NCBI GenBank assembly: GCA_036508075.1
Contig: DATCIA010000098.1
Location: 1 to 59,650, forward strand
From: Coriobacteriia bacterium
Lineage (GTDB): Bacteria; Actinomycetota; Coriobacteriia; Anaerosomatales; PALSA-660
Reading direction: 5' to 3'
DNA length: 59,650 bases
Below the pieces are notes generated by a model. It was not told the origin of the DNA. It did no database searches and saw nothing but the letters and a program-made list of their open reading frames with translations. Both the position numbers and the translations under genes were made by a program. Below, in pieces: positions 36,107-45,396 of the stretch (within the stretch, counting starts at the first letter, position 1; each line of letters starts with the position of its first letter).

Positions 36107-36927
36107 GGTCGGACGATGGTAGCACGCTCCCGAAGCGCCTCGACCGCCGGCGGAGGGCAGGCGCCGGCGCCGAGGCCGGCGCTGCGCATATTGGGGCCGT
36201 GGAAGTCGGAGCCGCCGGTCGTGACCAGTCCGAACCGCTTCGCGAGGGAGGCGAAGTGCGCCCGCTGCGCGGGTGTGTGCTCGGCGTGGTACGCCTCGAC
36301 GCCGTCCAGACCGAGCTCGACGAGCGGTATCAGGGCGCCTTCGCCGGTCACGCCCGGGTGGGCCAGGACCGCGACGCCCCCCGCGCCGTGGATCAGCGCG
36401 AGTGCCTCCTGTGCCGAGAAGAACGCCTTGCGAACGTAGAAAGGACCCTCACGACCGATCAACTCGGCGAAGGCCTGCTCGATGGTGGTGACGGAACCGG
36501 CCTCCACGAGGGCGCGGGCAACGTGGACCCTGCCGACCGCGCCACCGGCCGCGTGCCCGAGAACGTCCTGGAGCTCGACACGATGGCCTGCCTCGGCGAG
36601 TCCGGCGACCATCGCGGCCGCGCGCTCGAACCGCGCCGCGCGGAGGCGCTCGAGCGCCGTCAGAAGCCCCACATCCCGGTGGTCGATGAGATACCCGAGC
36701 AGGTGGACGTCCGAGCCGTCGTCGCCGCGGACCGAGAGCTCGACCCCCGGAAGCACCTCGAGTGCGGTACCGCGGGCGGCTGCGATCGCCTCATCCACAC
36801 CCTCGATGGAGTCGTGGTCGGTGATCGAGATGACGGTCAACCCGAGGTCGAGGGCAGCGCGCACGATGTCGACGGGAGCGACCGTCCCGTCGGATGCGGT
36901 GGTGTGGACGTGGAGGTCCACGGTCAT
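36103..36927 (-). CDS. PHP-domain metal-dependent phosphoesterase (TrpH/YciV-like)
   Basis: MTVDLHVHTTASDGT..ISITDHDS..HLLGY..AHP. ATGA overlap with the miaB start. Confidence 0.85.
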   Translation of the reverse strand: MTVDLHVHTTASDGTVAPVDIVRAALDLGLTVISITDHDSIEGVDEAIAAARGTALEVLPGVELSVRGDDGSDVHLLGYLIDHRDVGLLTALERLRAARFERAAAMVAGLAEAGHRVELQDVLGHAAGGAVGRVHVARALVEAGSVTTIEQAFAELIGREGPFYVRKAFFSAQEALALIHGAGGVAVLAHPGVTGEGALIPLVELGLDGVEAYHAEHTPAQRAHFASLAKRFGLVTTGGSDFHGPNMRSAGLGAGACPPPAVEALRERATIVRP

Positions 36928-36960
36928 GTCGGCTCCGTGGGTCGGGCGGCGTGCCGGTCG

Positions 36961-37236
36961 TCAGCGGTCGTGCATGTCCCGCGGTTCGACGAGCATCCGG
37001 ATGGCGGTGCGCTCTTCGCCGTCGATGAGGATATCGGCGAAAGCAGGCACACAGGACAGGTCGATGCCGGAGGGCGCGAGGAAGCCGCGTGCGATGGCGA
37101 TCGCCTTCACGGCCTGGTTGAGGGCACCCGCGCCCACGGTCTGGATCTCGCATGGCCCCTGCTCGCGGACGACACCTGCGAGCGCTCCGGCGACGGAGTT
37201 CGGGCTCGAGTGCGACGACACCTTGAGTACTTCCAC
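36961..37236 (-). CDS. spoVS: SpoVS-family protein
   Basis: From GTG 37236: VEVLKVSSHSSPNSVAGALAGVVREQGPCEIQTVGAGALNQAVKAIAIARGFLAPSGIDL..IDGEERTAI, near-colinear with Bacillus SpoVS. The ORF-track start 37320 adds a non-homologous extension. Confidence 0.9.
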   Translation of the reverse strand: MEVLKVSSHSSPNSVAGALAGVVREQGPCEIQTVGAGALNQAVKAIAIARGFLAPSGIDLSCVPAFADILIDGEERTAIRMLVEPRDMHDR

Positions 37237-37347
37237 TGCTGCCCCCGGTGCGGTGAAGATGGCTGCGACGGTGTGCTGTTTCGCTGGTCCGAGATGGTGC
37301 TGGTGCCCCTCTTGCGGCAACCAGTATAGCGCAGGTCGAGCCTTTGC

Positions 37348-38427
37348 TCAGTCGTCCTTCTCCACGGTGAACCTGACGGTGATGGTATCGCGTCCGACGG
37401 TCACCTTCGGCTCCCCCGCCAGCTGCAGGTAGTAGCGATCGGTCACCAGGTCGAAGGCCTCCTCTAGCTTGCGCTGGAACTCGCGCATGTCGGCATGGTG
37501 GATGCGTAGCCCGCGGCGGTCGCGGTAGATGTCGGGGCGCTTGGGGTCGAGCGGCTCGTGTACGGGCACTACGAACTCCAGGACGCTGTCCAGAGCGTCG
37601 AGCTCCCCGCCCAGCACGCGGTGTGCGGTCCGCTCCGAGATCGCGAGACCGACCGAGGCCGCGAGCGACACGAGTTCCGCGGCGTCCCCGGCGATCGCGG
37701 GCCGCTGCCAAACCGGCAGGTTCGCGGCGTCGTCGCAGAACAGCAACTGGCGGGCGTCGAGTCGGCCGCGGGCGTGCGCGAACATCGAGGCGAGGACCTC
37801 GGTGGGACTCCCGTAGTAGATGTCGAGTTCCGGGTGCTCGACGGAGAACTCGACCAGCCGGCGGACGATGTTGTGTGGCCCGGTGCCCACGACCGGCTTC
37901 CCGGTCTCCGGGTCCCGGTCCATCGTCGGCCACTTGGACTGGTCGGCCTTCTCGGCGAGCGCCGTCGTGTCGGACACGACCACCAGTGCCGTGCCCTTGT
38001 GGACGTCCGAAGCGACGATCTCCGCGCGCACGACGTTGCTTCTGACGGAGAAGAGCGCCATTCCTCGCCCGTGGACCCCCCATCGGTCCATGACCATGGT
38101 CTCGAGCTTGCTGGTCACGCGGGGTTCGAAGATGCGCTCCTGCATGGCAGACGGCACGCCGACGCCGTCGTCGATGACCGTCAGCGTGCGCACATCGGAC
38201 TCACGCCCGCACGCGACGTAGATACGCCGCGCGTGCGCATCGCGCGCGTTGCGCAGCACCTCCACGACGACGTCCTCGAACGTCCGGATGTCGTGTTTGG
38301 CCTGCCTGCGCTCCGCCTCGGAGACCTTGAGGCGGACGAACCCGTCGCCCAGCGTCTCCTCGACCTTGACATACTGGTCGCCGGAGACGGACGAGACGAA
38401 GCTGAGAAGTGAGTCGTCGGGAGTCAT
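37348..38427 (-). CDS. uncharacterised GHKL (Bergerat-fold) ATPase, MutL/MORC-like motifs, no kinase DHp domain
   Basis: ATG 38427 overlaps the GNAT stop (ATGA). Motifs VVEVLRNARDAHA (N box), IDDGVGVP (G1), TSKL...GVHGRGMALFS (G2, MutL-like). About 230 aa of C-terminal region with no recognisable motif. Confidence 0.8.
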   Translation of the reverse strand: MTPDDSLLSFVSSVSGDQYVKVEETLGDGFVRLKVSEAERRQAKHDIRTFEDVVVEVLRNARDAHARRIYVACGRESDVRTLTVIDDGVGVPSAMQERIFEPRVTSKLETMVMDRWGVHGRGMALFSVRSNVVRAEIVASDVHKGTALVVVSDTTALAEKADQSKWPTMDRDPETGKPVVGTGPHNIVRRLVEFSVEHPELDIYYGSPTEVLASMFAHARGRLDARQLLFCDDAANLPVWQRPAIAGDAAELVSLAASVGLAISERTAHRVLGGELDALDSVLEFVVPVHEPLDPKRPDIYRDRRGLRIHHADMREFQRKLEEAFDLVTDRYYLQLAGEPKVTVGRDTITVRFTVEKDD

Positions 38428-38978
38428 GCTTGCCAGTGTAGCGGGGCGTCCGCACCCACGGTAGGCGCGGACCGGTCCTTGGCGAGCCAGACCATCGCCC
38501 AACGCTCGAACTGCTCGCGGGAGAAGACGCGATAGCCCAGGCTCTCATAGAGGGCGATGGGCCCGACGGCCTCGGCCCCGGTGAAGAGCTCGAAACGGAT
38601 CGCGGCGGGACGGTCCTCCTCGAGGGCCGTCATGAGCGCCCGGGCGATGCCGCGACGTTCGAATCCTTCGTCGACGGCCAGACGCCCGATCTCGGCGACA
38701 CCGTCATCGCGCAGCGTTGTCCGGACCGTGCCCACCACGCGATGCCCGTCGAGGGCCACGAGCGTCCGGACACCGGACCGGTGCAGCCGGACCAGTTGTT
38801 CGAGGGTCTCCGCGACCGGCGCCATGGATTCGGCGGGGATATCGAACTGGCGCGCGACACGCCCGAACGCCGCCCGTTGCACGCGGAGGACCTCGGAAAG
38901 GTCTCCGGCGGTGGCGAGCGCGATCCTGACGCGGGCACGGCGGGCCGCTTCGGCAGCGGTGGGGATTGGTTTTGGCAT
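38424..38978 (-). CDS. GNAT-family N-acetyltransferase
   Basis: 184 aa. Acetyl-CoA motif FERRGIARALM; beta-strand pattern VVGTVR..AEIGRLAVD. Confidence 0.85.
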   Translation of the reverse strand: MPKPIPTAAEAARRARVRIALATAGDLSEVLRVQRAAFGRVARQFDIPAESMAPVAETLEQLVRLHRSGVRTLVALDGHRVVGTVRTTLRDDGVAEIGRLAVDEGFERRGIARALMTALEEDRPAAIRFELFTGAEAVGPIALYESLGYRVFSREQFERWAMVWLAKDRSAPTVGADAPLHWQA

Positions 38979-38984
38979 ACCTAC

Positions 38985-38990
38985 ATTGTA
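38985..38990 (-). promoter_or_regulatory. -10 hexamer TACAAT, 6 nt upstream of the GNAT ATG (leaderless transcript candidate)
   Basis: Minus strand reads TACAAT-GTAGGT-ATG with no SD. Lies just downstream of the rny terminator. Confidence 0.35.
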
Positions 38991-38999
38991 CGAGAAGAA

Positions 39000-39028
39000 G
39001 GGCCGCCCCTCGAGGTGAGGGACGGCCC
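39000..39028 (-). terminator. rny intrinsic terminator
   Basis: GGGCCG-t-CCCTC-acctc-GAGGG-g-CGGCCC (minus sense) followed by UUCUUCUCGU. 27 nt after the rny stop. Confidence 0.6.
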
Positions 39029-39054
39029 TGTGAAGCGCGGTACGCGCGCGTCGC

Positions 39055-40599
39055 CTACTTGGCGTAGTCGATGGCCCGGCTTTCCCGGATGACCATGACC
39101 TTGATCTGGCCAGGGTACTCCATCTGGTCCTCGATCTCCTTGGCGATGTCGCGCGCCAGGACCACCGAGTCCGTGTCGGAGATCGCGTCAGGCTTGACCA
39201 TCACGCGGATCTCGCGACCCGCCTGCATGGCGTAGACCTTCTCGACGCCCTTGTGCGAACTGGCGAGCTCCTCGAGCTTCTCGAGGCGCTTGATGTAGCT
39301 CTCGATGGTCTCGCGGCGCGCGCCGGGGCGCGAAGCCGAGATGGCGTCGGCGGCCTGGACGAGCACGGCCTCGACGGTCGAGGGCTCCACGTCGCCGTGG
39401 TGGGCCTCGATGCAGTGGACGATCTCCTTGTGCTCGCCGAGGCGCTTGGCCAGCTCAGCACCGATGAGCGCGTGCGGTCCCTCGACCTCGTGGTCGATGG
39501 CCTTGCCGAGGTCGTGGAGCAGGCCGGCGCGCTTGGCCAGCTTCACGTCGACGCCCAGCTCGGCGGCCATGACGCCCGCCAGGTAGCTGACCTCGAGGGA
39601 GTGCTTGAGCACGTTCTGCCCGTAGGAGGTGCGGAAGCGCAGACGGCCCAGAGTGCGGACGAGCTCCGCGTGCACCCCGTGCACCTGGGTCTCGAAGACG
39701 GCCTGCTCGCCGGCCTCGTGCACCTGCTGTTCGACGATCTTCTCGGCCTTGCCGAACATCTCCTCGATGCGCGCGGGGTGGATGCGCCCGTCGGCGAGCA
39801 GCGACTCGAGCGTGATGCGCCCGATCTCGCGGCGCACCGGGTCGAAGCTCGAGAGGATGACGGCCTCGGGGGTGTCGTCGATGATCAGGTTGATCCCGGT
39901 CATCTGCTCGAAGGCGCGGATGTTGCGTCCTTCGCGGCCGATGATGCGGCCCTTCATGTCGTCGCTCGGGATGTGGACGACGGAGACCGTGGACTCGGCC
40001 GTGTGGTCCGCAGCGACGCGCTGGATGGCGATGCCGACGATGTTGCGGGCTTTCTTGTCGGCCTCCTCGCGTGCCTGGGACTCGACCTCGCGGATCATGA
40101 TCGCCGCGTCGTGCTTGACATCGTCCTCGACGCGCTTGAGCAGGACCTGCTTCGCCTCGTCGGCGGTCATGCCGGCGAGCGACTCGAGACGGGCCTTCTC
40201 CTCGGCGATCGCGGCCTCGAGGTCCTTGGAGCGCTTCTCGACCTGGCCCGCGGTGCTGGAGAGCTGGTGCTCGCGGGCGTCGATGGACTCGGCCCTGCGC
40301 TCGATCGACTCCTCGCGCTGCAGGAGGCGGGCCTCCAGGCCCGTGATCTCCTTGCGGCGTTCCTTCGCCTCGGTCTCGGCGTCCGCGCGAAGGCGGAACA
40401 CCTCGTCCTTGGCCTCCAGGATCGCTTCCTTGCGAAGTGTCTCGGCCTGCTTCTCGGCGTCGGCAACGATGCGGCCCGCTGAATCGCGCGCGTTATCGAG
40501 TTGCTTCTCCCCAAAGTTCTTGCGGAGGACGAAACCGAGAGCGACGCCGGCGGCGATTGCGACGATCGCGACGATGACGAAGATCGGCAGTGACTGCAT
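39055..40599 (-). CDS. rny: ribonuclease Y
   Basis: ORF trimmed to ATG 40599 (AAGGGAGGG RBS). N-terminal TM, coiled coil, KH ([15 protein letters not shown]), HD (LKHSLEV..LLHDLGK). Confidence 0.95.
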   Translation of the reverse strand: MQSLPIFVIVAIVAIAAGVALGFVLRKNFGEKQLDNARDSAGRIVADAEKQAETLRKEAILEAKDEVFRLRADAETEAKERRKEITGLEARLLQREESIERRAESIDAREHQLSSTAGQVEKRSKDLEAAIAEEKARLESLAGMTADEAKQVLLKRVEDDVKHDAAIMIREVESQAREEADKKARNIVGIAIQRVAADHTAESTVSVVHIPSDDMKGRIIGREGRNIRAFEQMTGINLIIDDTPEAVILSSFDPVRREIGRITLESLLADGRIHPARIEEMFGKAEKIVEQQVHEAGEQAVFETQVHGVHAELVRTLGRLRFRTSYGQNVLKHSLEVSYLAGVMAAELGVDVKLAKRAGLLHDLGKAIDHEVEGPHALIGAELAKRLGEHKEIVHCIEAHHGDVEPSTVEAVLVQAADAISASRPGARRETIESYIKRLEKLEELASSHKGVEKVYAMQAGREIRVMVKPDAISDTDSVVLARDIAKEIEDQMEYPGQIKVMVIRESRAIDYAK

Positions 40600-40751
40600 C
40601 CGTGGTCCCTCCCTTCGGGCGCGGGTTTGTGGGTGCGCCCAGTCAAAAGCTACAGGGGGCGCCTGCCGGATCTGCGTCGGACCCTCTCCCACCTTCCTGG
40701 AGAGGCCGGGCCCCGTGCCGGCCTGCGGCGAAGGGCCTATGGAACGACGAA

Positions 40752-40773
40752 GCCGGACGACCAGGCGTCCGGC
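40752..40773 (-). terminator. 8-bp hairpin in the recX-rny spacer (possible recA-recX terminator)
   Basis: GCCGGACG-ccuggu-CGUCCGGC followed by UUCGUCGUUCC on the minus strand. Confidence 0.35.
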
Positions 40774-40984
40774 AAAAGCGACACGACATGTATGCGGGAA
40801 CCACGGCCTGAATACGCCGCAAGGGCGCAGGTGCGCCCTTCATGTTCGCGCTCCAGGACCGAGGTACCTCATACACAACACCGCTGCGATCGCCTGACCG
40901 GGCGGTGTGATCACGTTTGCCGAGGTCAAGGATAGCGGCGGGGGGTGTCAGCGGTCAAGGACGGCGTGCCGCGTGCGGACGCCG

Positions 40985-41674
40985 CTACAGCCCGTCAAGG
41001 CCGTCGTCCGCGCTCAGGCCGTGCTCGTCGTCCCAGGGCTGCTCGTTCGCCTCCGATTCGACCTCCTGCATGGCCTCTCGTGCGGCGGAGAGCGCGACGC
41101 GCGGCGCGTAGCCACGCCGCAGAAGACGACCGGCGATCTTGTCACGCGTGGCACCGCTCCGCACGGCCAGCTTGCGCGCCAAGTCCTGCGCCGCGGTCCC
41201 CTCGTCCTCGAGCGACAGCGCCTCGTCGAGTGCGTCGGCGGCGAGCTCGGGGTCGATGCCGTGCGACTCGAGCTCACGCTTGGCGCGACTGCGCCCGAGT
41301 CGTCGTATCTGGGTCAGCGACCGCGCGAACGACCGCGCGAAGCGTTCGTCGTCGAGCAGGCCCATCGAGGTCAGGCGTTCGAGCGTGTCCTTGACGGCGC
41401 CCGGAAGGTAGCCATCCTCCTTGAGGCGTTCGGACAGCTCGTGGACCGAGCGCTCGCGGTACGTTAGCAGGCGGACGGCCCGGTCGCGGGCACATCGTGG
41501 CTCGATCTCGGTGAGGCGGACGAGCAGCTCGTCCGCCGTGATCTCGCTCCCCTGCTTGAGGTGGGCCTGAGCGACGACGTCGGAAGGCACGTCACGCCAC
41601 GGCTCGCCGTCGAGGACCAGGGTCCGTCGACGGGAGCCACGGCGTGTGGCGCGGATCTCGGTCAGGATTGACAA
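40985..41674 (-). CDS. recX: recombination regulator RecX
   Basis: RecX three-helix repeats (RAVRLLTYRERSVHEL..L..KGY.. x3), acidic tail. Start set to TTG 41674, since the ORF-track start 41803 overlaps recA. Start uncertain. Confidence 0.8.
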   Translation of the reverse strand: MSILTEIRATRRGSRRRTLVLDGEPWRDVPSDVVAQAHLKQGSEITADELLVRLTEIEPRCARDRAVRLLTYRERSVHELSERLKEDGYLPGAVKDTLERLTSMGLLDDERFARSFARSLTQIRRLGRSRAKRELESHGIDPELAADALDEALSLEDEGTAAQDLARKLAVRSGATRDKIAGRLLRRGYAPRVALSAAREAMQEVESEANEQPWDDEHGLSADDGLDGL

Positions 41675-41705
41675 GTGCGACCTCGAGTCGAGGTTGAGGG
41701 TGCGT

Positions 41706-42824
41706 CTACTTCTTGCCGGACTTCGGGACCGGTGAGAGCGTCCCTTGCGGCATCGGCTCGAGCACGGGCGCACCCTCGCCATCGTCGTCCGCTGCTGCCA
41801 CACCGATCGGGGCTACGAGTCCGCTGGTCTGCGGGATGCTCAAGGCCTCGCGGATCCGGCTCTCGATCCGGTCACGGAGCTCGGTGTGCTCGCGCAGGTA
41901 GTCCTTGGCGGCCTCCCGCCCCTGTCCGAGGCGTTCCTCACCGCAGGTGAACCAGGAGCCGGACTTGGCGACGATGCCCTCTTCGACGCCAAGGTCGAGC
42001 AGCGATCCCTCCTTGGAGATGCCCTGTCCGTACATGAGGTCGAACTCGGCCTGACGGAACGGGGGCGCGACCTTGTTCTTGACGACCTTGGCGCGCACCC
42101 GGTTACCGACGATGTCGGTCCCCTGCTTGATGGAGTCGATGCGACGGATGTCTATGCGGATCGAAGCGTAGAACTTCAGCGCCCGCCCACCGGAGGTCGT
42201 CTCGGGGCTGCCGAACATCACACCGATCTTCTCGCGCAGCTGGTTGATGAAGATGCAGGTGGTGTTGGAGCGCGCGAGCGAACCCGCGAGCTTGCGGAGC
42301 GCCTGGCTCATGAGTCGGGCCTGGAGGCCGACGGTCGTGTCGCCCATCTCGCCTTCGAGCTCGGCGCGCGGCACAAGTGCGGCGACGGAGTCGATGACGA
42401 CCACGTCGATCGCGCCGCTGCGAACGAGCATGTCGCAGATCTCCAGCGCCTGCTCACCCGTGTCCGGCTGTGAGATGAGCATGTCGTCGATGTCGACGCC
42501 GAGCTTGGCCGCGTAAGCGGGGTCCATGGCGTGCTCCGCGTCGATGTACGCCGCGATGCCCCCGAGGCGCTGCGCCTCGGCGACGATGTGAAGGGCGAGC
42601 GTCGTCTTGCCGCCCGACTCGGGGCCGTAGATCTCGACGATGCGCCCCCGGGGCACGCCGCCTATGCCCAGCGCGGCATCGAGCGCCAGCGAGCCGGTCG
42701 GGATGGCGGGCATCGCACCGATGTTCGCGTGCTCACCCAGCCGCATGAGCGAACCCTTGCCGAACTTGCGCTCGACCTGCTCCTTGGTGATCTCGAGTAC
42801 CTTGTCGACCTGCTCGCGATCCAT
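41706..42824 (-). CDS. recA: recombinase RecA
   Basis: [12 protein letters not shown] Walker A. Full-length RecA pattern. AAGGAG RBS. Confidence 0.97.
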   Translation of the reverse strand: MDREQVDKVLEITKEQVERKFGKGSLMRLGEHANIGAMPAIPTGSLALDAALGIGGVPRGRIVEIYGPESGGKTTLALHIVAEAQRLGGIAAYIDAEHAMDPAYAAKLGVDIDDMLISQPDTGEQALEICDMLVRSGAIDVVVIDSVAALVPRAELEGEMGDTTVGLQARLMSQALRKLAGSLARSNTTCIFINQLREKIGVMFGSPETTSGGRALKFYASIRIDIRRIDSIKQGTDIVGNRVRAKVVKNKVAPPFRQAEFDLMYGQGISKEGSLLDLGVEEGIVAKSGSWFTCGEERLGQGREAAKDYLREHTELRDRIESRIREALSIPQTSGLVAPIGVAAADDDGEGAPVLEPMPQGTLSPVPKSGKK

Positions 42825-42888
42825 GCGCGTTGGCTCCTTTGCCGCTTCGTGGCCGCCGCCGAGAACGCGGCGATCCTGCTCCTGTGAA

Positions 42889-42915
42889 ACTATACGAACA
42901 CGTGTTCGATGTCAA
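42889..42915 (-). promoter_or_regulatory. recA promoter with embedded SOS box
   Basis: Minus strand reads TTGACA-TCGAACACGTGTTCG-TATAGT. The perfect LexA box CGAACACGTGTTCG (42895-42908) fills the 15-nt spacer. 65-90 nt upstream of the recA ATG. Confidence 0.75.
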
Positions 42916-42936
42916 TCCGCCGGCCGTGGCGGCTCC

Positions 42937-43524
42937 CTACCGGGCGAGGCGCACCACCGCGATCTCGCGGTACTCAGGTCCGGCCGGTCGCAACGTGCTC
43001 GAGAACAACGTAGCCGAACGCACTGACACGACCCCGTCCGGTCCCTTACCTGCCGCCTCGATCAGCGCCGAAGTCGTCGCGATCGGCTCCGCGTCCGCGC
43101 GTCGCCTCGACCGCGTTCGCGCGAGCGTGACGTGCGGGCGCAAGGGCCTGCGGGAGTCGATTGCGACCTGCGGGAAGGCGGTCATGAGCGCATCGCGCAG
43201 TGCGAGCAGACGGCCGCCCGGGTCGTCGAGGGTGGCCCACAGCATCGTCGCAGCGAGGGGTGACGGCACGGCGACGACTCCTGTCAGGCTCAGGTCGAAG
43301 GCGGGTACGGCCGACGCCGCCTCGAGCAGTCGCCGGCGTGCGGTCGCGATGGGGTCGTCGTCGAGGTCACCCAGGAATGCGACCGTGATGTGGAGAGCGG
43401 TCGCGGCGACCCACTTCTCCCCCGCCCACGCGGGCGCATCGGCCAGAAAGCGTTCGCGAGCCGACAGGAGGGTGCGCACCACACCGCCGGGCAGCGTCAG
43501 CGCGAGGAAGCAGCGCGGAGGCAC
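42937..43524 (-). CDS. thpR: RNA 2',3'-cyclic phosphodiesterase (ThpR/LigT, 2H family)
   Basis: Two HxT motifs: HITVAFLGD and HVTLAR. Confidence 0.85.
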   Translation of the reverse strand: MPPRCFLALTLPGGVVRTLLSARERFLADAPAWAGEKWVAATALHITVAFLGDLDDDPIATARRRLLEAASAVPAFDLSLTGVVAVPSPLAATMLWATLDDPGGRLLALRDALMTAFPQVAIDSRRPLRPHVTLARTRSRRRADAEPIATTSALIEAAGKGPDGVVSVRSATLFSSTLRPAGPEYREIAVVRLAR

Positions 43525-43534
43525 GGCGGACCGC

Positions 43535-44761
43535 CTAGGCGTCCGGCAGTGCGCGCCGCAACAGGTCGAGCGCCGTCATCACGGAGCGCTCGCGCACCGC
43601 AGCCCGGTCCCCCGGGAAACGGCGAAGCTGAGCCACGGCGCCGTCGGGACCGGCGATACCGAACCAGACCGTTCCCACGGGCTTGTCGGGGCTCCCACCT
43701 TCGGGCCCGGCGATCCCGGTCACGGAGACGGCGAAATCGGCGCCCAGGGTGTCGCGCGCTCCTGCCGCCATGGCACGGGCGACCGCGTCGGAGACTGCTC
43801 CGCACGCGGCGATCAGCCCCGGGTCGACTCCGAGGAGCGTGACCTTGGCCTCGTCCGCGTAGGAGACGGCGCCTCCGAGGTAGGTGGCTGACGAGCCGGG
43901 CACCTCGGTGAGCGCTCCTCCGACCAGACCACCCGTGCACGACTCGGCCGTCGCGACCGTCGCTCCCGCCGCACGCGCACGCGCCAGGACGGTCTCAGCC
44001 AGGCTGGATCCGTCGGTCGAGTAGCAGGCGTCCCCCACGGAGGCCGCGATCGATGCGGCGACCCGGTCGAGCACGGCCGATCCGGCGCCGCGGTCGAACA
44101 GCACCACCCTTACGTCGCTCGGCTTGGCGAGCAGGGTCAGTTCGATGTCGGCCCGGCCGGCGAGGACATCCTGCGCGGCCATCTGCAGATCGGACTCGGA
44201 GATGCCGGTGCAGCGCAGTACGCGTGGCTCGACAGCGCCGGTGCCCCAGGATGCGGCGAGCGCGTGGAGCAGGGGGCGCATCTCGTGCGGCGGCCCGGGC
44301 AGCAGGACGAGCGCCCCCCTGCCGGTCGGGACGACCTGCCCGGGAGCCGTCCCGCGAACCGCGGGCAGGACGGTCGCTCCCTCGAGGACATCGGCCTGCC
44401 GGAAGATGCGTTCGGCCGCCCGCTCGTCGGTGTGCCGCGCGGCGGAAGCACGCAACGTGTCAACGAGCAGGTCGTCCCTGCGCAGACACAGCCCGAGCGC
44501 TTCAGTGGCCGCCTCTCGCGTGACGTCGTCGTGGGTGGGTCCGAGGCCCCCGGTGACCACCACGAGGTCGTAGGCGTCGCTACAACGCTTCAGCGCGGCG
44601 GTCAGCGACGCCTCGTCGTCGGGCAGGCTCACGGTCTCGCCGACCTCGATCCCCGCGCCGAACAGCACGTGCGCTATCTCGGCGGTGTTCGTGTCGACGG
44701 ACAGGCCGCGGACGAGCTCGGTGCCGACCGTGAGGATCGCGGCGGTGGCGAACGCGGTCAT
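43535..44761 (-). CDS. cinA: CinA (competence/damage-inducible protein; MoCF-like + PncC nicotinamide-nucleotide amidase domains)
   Basis: ORF 43535..45295 trimmed to ATG 44761 (ATGA overlap with the pgsA stop). AAILTVGTELVRG..TGGLGPTHDD..ESCTGGL. Confidence 0.9.
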   Translation of the reverse strand: MTAFATAAILTVGTELVRGLSVDTNTAEIAHVLFGAGIEVGETVSLPDDEASLTAALKRCSDAYDLVVVTGGLGPTHDDVTREAATEALGLCLRRDDLLVDTLRASAARHTDERAAERIFRQADVLEGATVLPAVRGTAPGQVVPTGRGALVLLPGPPHEMRPLLHALAASWGTGAVEPRVLRCTGISESDLQMAAQDVLAGRADIELTLLAKPSDVRVVLFDRGAGSAVLDRVAASIAASVGDACYSTDGSSLAETVLARARAAGATVATAESCTGGLVGGALTEVPGSSATYLGGAVSYADEAKVTLLGVDPGLIAACGAVSDAVARAMAAGARDTLGADFAVSVTGIAGPEGGSPDKPVGTVWFGIAGPDGAVAQLRRFPGDRAAVRERSVMTALDLLRRALPDA

Positions 44762-45396
44762 CGCAGCGAGTCTCCCTCGCTCGTCCCGTGGGCCGGCTCG
44801 GCGAGGTTCGCGCTCCACGGTCCGGCGATGACGTCGCGGGCGTGATAGAAGTACTGGGCCGCTGAGAGAACCGTCAGCCCGAGGGCCAGCGCCATGACGA
44901 CCCAGGAAGCGGCGTTGATCAGCGAGGTCCAGGGCGCGAAGATCGGCGCCGTCTTGAGGATGAAGGCCACGAGCGCGACGATCTGGAAGACCGTCTTGAC
45001 CTTGCCCCAACGCGACGCGGCGATCACCACGCCTTCCGCCACGGCCACCATGCGCAGACCGGACACGATCAGCTCGCGGCCGATGATCACGATGGCGACC
45101 CATCCCGGCAGGCTGCCGATCTGGACGAGGCCCACCAGCGCGGCCGTGACCAGGAGCTTGTCCGCGAGCGGGTCGATGAACTTGCCGAAGGTGGTGACCT
45201 CGTTGCGGCTGCGCGCGACGTATCCGTCGACGGCGTCCGTGGCCGCCAGCACGGTGAAGACCGCCGCGGCGAGCCAGGGGCGCCAGTCGTCCCACGCCGC
45301 CGGAGAGCCGAACTGCCCCAACAGGAGCACAAGGAACACCGGTATGAAGGTCATCCGGAGCAGCGTGATCGTGTTGGCCAGTCCGAGGCGCTGCAT
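44758..45396 (-). CDS. pgsA: CDP-diacylglycerol--glycerol-3-phosphate 3-phosphatidyltransferase
   Basis: LANTITLLRM..TDAVDGYVARSRNEVTTFGKFIDPLADKLLV. Conserved pgsA-cinA-recA order. Confidence 0.9.
   Translation of the reverse strand: MQRLGLANTITLLRMTFIPVFLVLLLGQFGSPAAWDDWRPWLAAAVFTVLAATDAVDGYVARSRNEVTTFGKFIDPLADKLLVTAALVGLVQIGSLPGWVAIVIIGRELIVSGLRMVAVAEGVVIAASRWGKVKTVFQIVALVAFILKTAPIFAPWTSLINAASWVVMALALGLTVLSAAQYFYHARDVIAGPWSANLAEPAHGTSEGDSLR

Noticed and set aside
40921-40984. 6C RNA (the CCCCCC run at complement of about 40941-40946) between recX and rny.
   Set aside because: Only one C-run, located inside the promoter-like spacer. The two C-rich-loop hairpins that define 6C RNA are not present.
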